From: a virus
Taxonomy: Duplodnaviria; Caudoviricetes
DNA length: 32,129 nt
Reading direction: 5' to 3' (one strand)
Virus record (IMG/VR): IMGVR_UViG_3300044878_000133
Span: 1-32,129 of that record
A program made the position numbers and the translations under genes. Below are positions 26,097 to 32,129 of this stretch, in pieces (the stretch's first letter is position 1; the number at the start of each line of letters is the position of its first letter). The notes under the pieces are model-generated. The model saw only the letters and a list, made by a program, of their open reading frames with translations, had not been told where the DNA came from and made no database searches.

Positions 26097-26125
26097 ACTC
26101 TACGGAACATTAGGTAACTCTGCAA
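26097..26125 (-). promoter_or_regulatory. Early lytic (cro) promoter, leaderless
   Basis: TTGCAG-N17-TAGAGT-N6-ATG; spacer is the operator-like GAGTTACCTAATGTTCCG. Confidence 0.75.
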
Positions 26126-26179
26126 GGGAACACGCCGTACCACTACGAAACAAGCCCCCGAATGACAAACGTGTAGTTA

Positions 26180-26195
26180 TCGAACACGTGTTCGA
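26180..26195. promoter_or_regulatory. LexA (SOS) box
   Basis: TCGAAC-ACGT-GTTCGA, exact match to actinobacterial consensus TCGAAC-N4-GTTCGA. Confidence 0.75.
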
Positions 26196-26280
26196 ATAGG
26201 TAGAAGGTTCCCCAAACGCGGGTACTGTTCCGCGTATTTGTCCACTTGTTACCTATCCGTAAACCCTGAACTATGAGGGT

Positions 26281-26700
26281 ATGAACGAACAGCAGGCCAT
26301 AGAAGCCATAGGTGCACTGATCAAAGACGGGCGCCTCGAAATGGGCCTCGCGCAAAAGCCCTTCGCCGACCTAGCCGGGGTCGATGCGAAGACCCTCGCC
26401 ACCGCAGAGAAGGGCCGGCGGATCCCGTGGGAAACCAATCAGCGCAAGATAGAAGCGGCTCTGGGCTGGCGTCAGGGGTCAATTCAGAAGACGCTCGATG
26501 ACGCCGAACACATCCCCGTGAGTTCGCTCACGCTCGCGCACATGCGGGAAGGTGCCGGGGAGGCCACCTGGCAGGAACTCGACGCCGAAACCTCCGAGGA
26601 AGTCCGGCCGGTCACCCGCGCCGGGGAGCTCTCCAATGAGGAACTCATAGGGGAACTTGCGTATCGTTTGCGTAACAAAACGATGCGCTTTCCGGGCTGA
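26281..26700 (+). CDS. Immunity repressor (XRE HTH)
   Basis: GLAQ..FADLAGV..KTL..AEKG, IE.ALGW..GS; divergent from cro; no S24 peptidase domain. Confidence 0.8.
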   Translation: MNEQQAIEAIGALIKDGRLEMGLAQKPFADLAGVDAKTLATAEKGRRIPWETNQRKIEAALGWRQGSIQKTLDDAEHIPVSSLTLAHMREGAGEATWQELDAETSEEVRPVTRAGELSNEELIGELAYRLRNKTMRFPG

Positions 26701-26819
26701 AAACCGCGACCCGGACGTGTTTCCGATAACTCACACCGCATATGCCGGTTACGGAACATAAAGGAACCGTTGTAACCTCAACGAGTCGCCACAGTGGCGG
26801 CCACTATGCGGGGGTTTTG

Positions 26820-27131
26820 ATGCTGGAAACACAAACGGTCGGGGTCGTTCAGGAACGCTCACAGATGATGCACGAACGCGGCCATGCCTTCTACGGGACC
26901 GTGTGCGGTGACGCGTGCGAGATGGCGGGCAAGTGGGCGGCGCGGCGGCTCATCACGCCCCGGGCCTTCCTGAACGCGGGCAGGGGAACCGGCGGGCTCG
27001 GGACCATCGCCGAAGACCTCGGCGTGTTGCCGGCAGACGTGTGCGCGTACCTCTCCGACCTGGACCCGGACGAGTGGCTGATCATGCAGCGGATCATGGG
27101 CCGCGAACTGAAATGCGCGGTGGGTAGTTGA
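26820..27131 (+). CDS. Short ImmA/IrrE-like metallopeptidase domain protein
   Basis: ERSQMMHERGH (HEXXH), WAARRLI, IAEDLGV; directly after repressor; start uncertain (26742/26820). Confidence 0.6.
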   Translation: MLETQTVGVVQERSQMMHERGHAFYGTVCGDACEMAGKWAARRLITPRAFLNAGRGTGGLGTIAEDLGVLPADVCAYLSDLDPDEWLIMQRIMGRELKCAVGS

Positions 27132-27157
27132 CAGGGTGTCATGACACCCTATAGATT
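27128..27157 (+). promoter_or_regulatory. Sigma-A promoter with perfect 18-bp palindromic operator
   Basis: TTGACA (27128-27133)-N18-TAGATT; AGGGTGTCATGACACCCT (27133-27150). Confidence 0.8.
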
Positions 27158-27193
27158 CATCACATCAGCCCGGAACAACCAAAGGATCACACC

Positions 27194-27421
27194 ATGAACA
27201 CCGAAATCCTCACCGACACCAAGTTCGCCCCGGCCGCCGACGGAGTCGCCGCAGTCGGCACGTACATGGCTGCCGACAACGAAGGTGCACTCATCGCCGT
27301 CACCATCAACGACGACGCCACCGACGACAGCAGCCGCACCGGCCTCATGCTCACCATCGAGGCCGCGAAGGAACTCCAGGCCAACCTCGCCCACTTCATC
27401 GAACTCGCCGCCAGTGTCTAA
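27194..27421 (+). CDS. Small acidic hypothetical protein (75 aa)
   Basis: AAAGGA RBS; first gene after promoter. Confidence 0.75.
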   Translation: MNTEILTDTKFAPAADGVAAVGTYMAADNEGALIAVTINDDATDDSSRTGLMLTIEAAKELQANLAHFIELAASV

Positions 27422-27563
27422 GGGCACCGACCGCCGCACGGTCCGCGTAGCCGCCGCACTGTGGGAGGCGGCGCGGATTGTCGCCGTTGCGCGGGGAGAG
27501 AATCTGTCCGACGTCGTGCGGGACTCCCTGCGCGCCTACGTCGAAGAACACCGTGACAAATGA
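27414..27563 (+). CDS. Ribbon-helix-helix DNA-binding protein (49 aa)
   Basis: GTG start; RRTVRV...LWEAA...A..RGENLSDVVRDSLRAYV. Confidence 0.8.
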   Translation: MSKGTDRRTVRVAAALWEAARIVAVARGENLSDVVRDSLRAYVEEHRDK

Positions 27564-28702
27564 GGGTCGAGGACAATTGGGTCCGGAAGGATAGGACCCG
27601 CACCGCGCTCCACGGCAAGGGCCTCCGCTGGCGTGCCGTGTGGACCGAAAGCGGGAAGGAGCGGAAGAAGTCCTTCGCCGTCAAGGACGCCGCCAAAGCG
27701 CACCTTGTCTGGATCGAACACAACCAGCGCTCCGGGACCTACGTCTCACAGGACCGGGGGCGGGTGTTCATTCGGGATCTCATTGACGCCTGGGTGGACA
27801 CGCAAGTCCACCTGAAGCCGTCCACGATGGCGGCCACGCGCTCCGACGTCCGCGCCACCATCAAGCCGTACTGGGGGGATAAGATCCTCGCCGACATCAC
27901 CCGCGCCGACGTCCAAGCCTGGGTGTCCGGGATGGGCAAAGCCGCCCGCACCGTCGATACGATTTACGGCCGGTTCCGGAAGTTCCTGAACTGGTGCGTG
28001 GAAGAGGGCCGTATCGTCACCTCACCCGCCAAGGGCGTGAACCTGCCCAAGGGTCACAAGCGGGAGCACATCTTCCTGACCGTGGCGCAGGTTAGCCGGC
28101 TGGCCCGGGAGATCGACGGGCAGTTCGCGGACCTGATCTGGTTCCTCGCTACCACCGGGGTCCGGTTCGGGGAGGCCGCCGAGCTCCGGACCAGGGACAT
28201 TGACGTGAAGCGGGCCCGGGTGCGGGTCGCCAGGTCTGTGACGGAGGTGGACGGGGCCATGGTGATCGGGCCGCCGAAGAATGGCAAGGAGCGCACCGTG
28301 CCGCTGACGGCGTTCATGGTCGAACGGCTCGCCATCCGCCTCGAGGGGCGCGGCAGGGACGTGCTGGTCTTCCCGTCTGAGCGCGGTCACCATCTGCGGT
28401 CGAACAACTTCAAGACACGCGAGTACGACACGGCAGTGGAGGCGGCAGGCCTGCCGGAGGGGCTGTGGGTGCACGACCTCCGGCACACGGCCGCGAGCCT
28501 TTCGGTTCACGCGGGTGCCTCCGTGAAGACAGTGCAGCGGATGCTCGGCCACGCCTCCGCCGCGTTGACCCTTGACCTGTACTCCGGGCTGTTCGATCAG
28601 GAATTGGACGACGTCGCCGGGCGCATGGACTCCCTGATTCAAAATTCTGCAAATCTGAACCTCCCTGAAATCGCCCTGGCCCCCGAAAAATCCGCGCCAT
28701 GA
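27560..28702 (+). CDS. int: Tyrosine integrase
   Basis: TGVRFGE, PKNG, HDLRH, LGH, DLY catalytic residues; N-terminal arm-binding domain (WRAVW...KSF..K.AA). Confidence 0.95.
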   Translation: MRVEDNWVRKDRTRTALHGKGLRWRAVWTESGKERKKSFAVKDAAKAHLVWIEHNQRSGTYVSQDRGRVFIRDLIDAWVDTQVHLKPSTMAATRSDVRATIKPYWGDKILADITRADVQAWVSGMGKAARTVDTIYGRFRKFLNWCVEEGRIVTSPAKGVNLPKGHKREHIFLTVAQVSRLAREIDGQFADLIWFLATTGVRFGEAAELRTRDIDVKRARVRVARSVTEVDGAMVIGPPKNGKERTVPLTAFMVERLAIRLEGRGRDVLVFPSERGHHLRSNNFKTREYDTAVEAAGLPEGLWVHDLRHTAASLSVHAGASVKTVQRMLGHASAALTLDLYSGLFDQELDDVAGRMDSLIQNSANLNLPEIALAPEKSAP

Positions 28703-28709
28703 CGGGCAG

Positions 28710-28762
28710 GAGCGCCACGTTTACACCGTGGATGTCATCGGTTCGATCCCGGTAGGACCCAC
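28710..28762 (+). mobile_element. attP core: 3' portion of tRNA-Val(TAC)
   Basis: CCACG-TTTACAC-CGTGG anticodon arm plus ATCGG-TTCGATC-CCGGT T arm and AGGACCCA; 5' acceptor strand and D arm absent; 8 bp after int stop. Confidence 0.9.
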
Positions 28763-28774
28763 AGAGTTACGTAG

Positions 28775-28814
28775 CCCCGCTAGTCCGGATTTTCCCCGGA
28801 TTGGCGGGGTTTTT
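28775..28814 (+). terminator. Intrinsic terminator after attP core
   Basis: ccccgctagtccgg / ccggattggcgggg followed by TTTTT. Confidence 0.85.
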
Positions 28815-28952
28815 GCGTGGTTCCCGGGCGTGTCGGGTTACGTAGAGTTCTTGGACTCTGTTCCTGCGTGTGGGGGATTGTTACAGTCACCTTTTGCCGC
28901 CTGCGGTAGCTGAGGCCCCCTGAAACCTCCCTGGGATTGTCCCTGGAAACAC

Positions 28953-28985
28953 GAAAGGCCCCGCCCTCCGGGTGGAGGGCGGGGC
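28953..28985 (-). terminator. Terminator after holin
   Basis: gccccgccctcc / ggagggcggggc 12-bp stem, then CTTT on the - strand. Confidence 0.7.
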
Positions 28986-28996
28986 GTCACGTTCGG

Positions 28997-29299
28997 TCAG
29001 GCTTCGTGCTTGCCGCCATTAGTGACGGTGATGCTTCCAGGGTCTACGACTGTGATGCCGGAGGGGACTGCGCCGGGCGTGGTTTCGGCGTTGGTCAGGG
29101 ACGGGTTGCCATCCTTAGCGCCCGCCGCCAGCGCCTTGAGCAGCGCCACGACGCCAGCACCGAGCGCCACCGATGCGATGCCCTGCCAGTCGGCTTGGAG
29201 GACTCCGAAGGCGTCCGCTCCGATGACAGCCAGCGCGGCGCCCGCGATGGACGCGACGATCCGCTCAAACGCGGCCTTCCAGAATGCGAGTGTGAACAT
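28997..29299 (-). CDS. Holin (r1t-like)
   Basis: FWKAAFER, two hydrophobic segments, DW motif; follows endolysin. Confidence 0.85.
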   Translation of the reverse strand: MFTLAFWKAAFERIVASIAGAALAVIGADAFGVLQADWQGIASVALGAGVVALLKALAAGAKDGNPSLTNAETTPGAVPSGITVVDPGSITVTNGGKHEA

Positions 29300-30039
29300 C
29301 ACTTCACCAGCCGCTTCGCGAGCTCGTCAGCGACCTGCTGGGCGATGCCCGCCGGGATGGACGCGGCGATGTCCGCGGGGGACGCGTTGTCGATGATGAG
29401 CTGCTGGGTTACGCGGCCCACCGCTTCAACCTGCTGCTGGGTGGACCAGTTCACGGACTTCTCGGTGTCCTTGAGGTCCTTCTTGGTTGCGACGTTGTCG
29501 GATAGGGATGTCAGAACTGCTTGAACAAACTTCCACTGCTCGGGGTTCATGGTGTCCTCCTGTGCTTTGATGTCGCCTTGTGCGGCGATTTGGGAGCCGG
29601 TAATGGTGCGGGGGTCTATGCGCCCGTACGTGCTGTTTTGAAGGTTCCAGCCGTCGCGCATGACTTCCCAGTGGCAGTGGGGCCCGGACGTGGCGGAGCC
29701 GGTGTTGCCGGAGTAGGCCACCACATCGCCCTGCTTGACCCTGCGGCCGGACAGAACGGGGGAGCCAGAGCAGTGCGCGTAGTGGCTGAGGTAGTCGCCG
29801 TAGTCCACGCTCACGACGAACCCGGCGAACGATGGCATGATCCACCACGGGTTATCCGTGTACGTCCCGGAGAAGTAGCCGACGTGAACAACGACACCGT
29901 CAGCCATCGCAACCAGGGGCGTGCCGACCGGGACGGCGATGTCTTCGCCCGTGTGCCCGCCGGCAGGGTTGTACCCGCCCGGGTTGGTGCCGAACTTCTG
30001 CGAAGTCCAGCCCTCAGTTGTTGGGGGAATGTAGCTCAT
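29299..30039 (-). CDS. Endolysin, M23 peptidase
   Basis: HTGED (HxxxD), YAH, SGNTG..SGPHCHWE (HxH); start MSYIPP. Confidence 0.9.
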   Translation of the reverse strand: MSYIPPTTEGWTSQKFGTNPGGYNPAGGHTGEDIAVPVGTPLVAMADGVVVHVGYFSGTYTDNPWWIMPSFAGFVVSVDYGDYLSHYAHCSGSPVLSGRRVKQGDVVAYSGNTGSATSGPHCHWEVMRDGWNLQNSTYGRIDPRTITGSQIAAQGDIKAQEDTMNPEQWKFVQAVLTSLSDNVATKKDLKDTEKSVNWSTQQQVEAVGRVTQQLIIDNASPADIAASIPAGIAQQVADELAKRLVK

Positions 30040-30317
30040 TTCCGCCGCCTTAGTTGTTCGATGGCTGACCACTGGTTCCGGTCGGACTGCTGCAACCCTT
30101 TGACGATGTCGAGGACAAGGTCGAGTTTGGTGTCCACGACGTCGTGTTTTTCGTCGATGTCGTCGCGGAGGTTGATGGTGTGGGAGTTGGCTGTCTGGTC
30201 GCGGGCTTCGGCGGCGTCTTTCCCTACCCGGTTGACCTTGGATATGAGGGTGCCGAGGATGCCGAGGAGGCCGCCGCCGACGACAGTAACTAGGGCGACG
30301 AGGACGGTGTCACTCAT
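30036..30317 (-). CDS. Lysis-cassette membrane protein (DUF2746-like)
   Basis: N-terminal TM helix; NSH..NLRDDID motif; start MSDTVL. Confidence 0.75.
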   Translation of the reverse strand: MSDTVLVALVTVVGGGLLGILGTLISKVNRVGKDAAEARDQTANSHTINLRDDIDEKHDVVDTKLDLVLDIVKGLQQSDRNQWSAIEQLRRRK

Positions 30318-30418
30318 GGCAGGCTTGGGGTGTGTGCATGTGTGCCTCCTTGGCGGCATGGGTGTGGCCCCGGACTGTGGAGAGTTCCGGGGTCGGCTGG
30401 GTGTTAGGATTCAGTCCC

Positions 30419-31837
30419 ATGGACATTGTTGAAGAGGCCGAGATCGCCCTGGACGGTCTCGGACTTCCTCCACGGCTAGCGCATGGAGCTGCAGGAAAAT
30501 CTCGCTCAGCGGTGCGGACTCCTAATCCGCAGCAGCTTTTTGCCGCACTGGAATCGGCCGACTTCAAACGTGCCCCGGATGTTCAGGGGCGTGACTTGCT
30601 GGACGCCTGGGAGTTGAAGCCCGAGCGCGCCCACGCGATGCTGCGGAAGGTCTTCTACAAGACCGTTGATCAGCAGTTCAAGAACCCCGAGACGGACCCC
30701 ATCACCGGGGTGATCGGGTTCTTCACGGGGCTGCGCGGCGACCTTGCGGGTAACGCCTACTTCGATTACTTCATGACGTACCTTGAGGTGTTGCGTGAGG
30801 GGTGGCGGCTCGGGTTGGCCTCGGTTGTTGTGGAAAGGGATGGTGGGCGCGCTTCGATTCTGGCTTCCCACCTCCTGACTTTCGCTGGTGATGGCAGGCC
30901 GTCCGCGGTGCATTGCGTGGTCGGTCAGGTCTTGAGCCTGTTTGACCGTGAGGCTGCCGCGAAGCACTTCCGGGCCATCCGGGACAGCAAAGATGCGGAT
31001 CTGGTGCGGTTCTTTTACTGGGACATGGGCGCGCTGACGTACTTCGAGGACAGCGAACTGGACCGGGGCGCATTGGCTGATGATGTCCGGTCAATCACCG
31101 ACAACATGAAGCCGTTCAGCGCCAACCCGGCTGTGAACGACACGACCATTGCCGTTTCGGTTGACCCGAAGTTCTTCCGGATCTACAGCGCGTGGTTGTT
31201 CTTTTACGCCCAGCAGCTCCCGGACATTGATTTCAACTTCATTCTCTGCGCGGACGACGAGCAGGCCGCGGAACTGGTGCGCGACGGCACGGTGTTCATG
31301 GAAGCGTTGGCGCGGCTGAACCACAATCCTGTGCCGGCGAACATCCACTTCCATGCCGCGACGACACCTGGGTTCGTTACGGATGCCATGACGTTCTACG
31401 CTTGCGCCAGGTTCTTCGCCTTGCCCGCGCTCCTTGAGCGGTACACGAACGTATACCTAATGGACGCCGACCTTTACCTACAGGACAACCCGACGGCCTT
31501 CCTCAAGCGCCTCCGGGATGTGACCTTCTCCGCGCCCGCCACGACCAGTGCCGCCGCCCTGTCTCCTTGGCGGCGGCACATGGCCGGCAACATCGCCGCG
31601 AACCGGAATTTGCTTGGCAGCAACTTCCTGTCCGATCTGCACTCCTATTTGGCGCACGGGCTCAGACAGCCGGCCAGTTGGATGCTTGACCAAAACGCGC
31701 TCTCCTATGCGATAGAGCGGGCAGACAGCGGCGTTGTCGAGTCGTTGAACAGGTTCAGCCGCCCCATTTCGACTTCCAAGTTCATGAAAACTTGGGAGTC
31801 GAACTTCAAGACGGCAACCCGACAGCGGCGATCTTAG
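30419..31837 (+). CDS. Putative GT-A glycosyltransferase-like protein (moron)
   Basis: YACARF..LP.LL...VYLMDAD (DxD) and W.LDQNAL; own extended -10 TGtTAGGAT (30402-30410) 8 nt before ATG. Confidence 0.6.
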   Translation: MDIVEEAEIALDGLGLPPRLAHGAAGKSRSAVRTPNPQQLFAALESADFKRAPDVQGRDLLDAWELKPERAHAMLRKVFYKTVDQQFKNPETDPITGVIGFFTGLRGDLAGNAYFDYFMTYLEVLREGWRLGLASVVVERDGGRASILASHLLTFAGDGRPSAVHCVVGQVLSLFDREAAAKHFRAIRDSKDADLVRFFYWDMGALTYFEDSELDRGALADDVRSITDNMKPFSANPAVNDTTIAVSVDPKFFRIYSAWLFFYAQQLPDIDFNFILCADDEQAAELVRDGTVFMEALARLNHNPVPANIHFHAATTPGFVTDAMTFYACARFFALPALLERYTNVYLMDADLYLQDNPTAFLKRLRDVTFSAPATTSAAALSPWRRHMAGNIAANRNLLGSNFLSDLHSYLAHGLRQPASWMLDQNALSYAIERADSGVVESLNRFSRPISTSKFMKTWESNFKTATRQRRS

Positions 31838-32129
31838 ACGACGTCGGTGAGTAGCTGCTCGTAAGGGCCAACAACCTTCAGCCGTCCAGCCGTAACTTCC
31901 GCCTGGACGTAGTTGAGGATCGAGACAAAAGTCGCGGTCGCCATACCGTCTACACCGTCGAGTAGCGATGGGTGGAGCATGAATTGCACCGCCCGTTTCC
32001 CTGTTTCGGCGCTTTGGATCGCGGCCTGCGCTTGTGCCAGCGTGTACGAGTCAAGGGTGTAGTGCCCCATGCCGTGCCGTACCATGCCGTCTTGCCAGCG
32101 TGTGGCGGCGGGCAGGTACCCGGAAGAGA
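31834..32129 (-). CDS. Partial gene; C-terminal polysaccharide-deacetylase-like domain (probable minor tail protein end)
   Basis: Frame open to window end; I..A...K..VQFMLH...F..IL.YV...VV pattern. Confidence 0.5.
   Translation of the reverse strand, partial: SSGYLPAATRWQDGMVRHGMGHYTLDSYTLAQAQAAIQSAETGKRAVQFMLHPSLLDGVDGMATATFVSILNYVQAEVTAGRLKVVGPYEQLLTDVV

Noticed and set aside
28710-28762. Complete tRNA-Val gene
   Set aside because: 5' acceptor strand and D arm are missing; upstream bases are the int stop region, so it is an att core
29297-29302. Holin dual-start (GTG-ATG)
   Set aside because: No charged residue between the starts as in lambda S105/S107; GTG arises from overlap with the endolysin stop
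30332-30418. Longer N-terminus for the moron ORF
   Set aside because: Extended -10 just before ATG 30419 and overlap with the divergent gene's upstream region favour the shorter start
1-32129. CRISPR array, retron/DGR reverse transcriptase, IS element, intein
   Set aside because: No regularly spaced repeats, no YxDD RT ORF, no transposase; terminase and DnaB are normal length

Overview
A ~32 kb, high-GC segment of a temperate actinobacterial siphovirus, most resembling Arthrobacter/Micrococcaceae phages (host inferred, not proven). Most genes are on the - strand. From left to right: tail assembly chaperone with a -1 frameshift, major tail, head-tail connectors, capsid, scaffold, minor capsid, portal and terminase; then a metallophosphoesterase, a tRNA-Trp and a ~220 nt highly structured non-coding region; then early genes (RusA, DnaB, loader, Rep with internal ori-like repeats, cytosine MTase, SSB, NrdH, ERF, three HNH-like genes, Xis, many small ORFs). 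Next come a Cro/repressor switch containing a perfect LexA (SOS) box and a short ImmA-like HEXXH protein, an operon with a palindromic operator (hypothetical-RHH-tyrosine integrase), an attP-like tRNA-Val 3' core with phage genes on both sides, holin, an M23 endolysin with a probable internal start, a + strand glycosyltransferase-like moron and a partial deacetylase-like gene. The most novel-looking element is the structured RNA-tRNA-phosphoesterase unit at the head of the packaging operon. All calls come from reading sequence motifs and synteny; no database searches were run.
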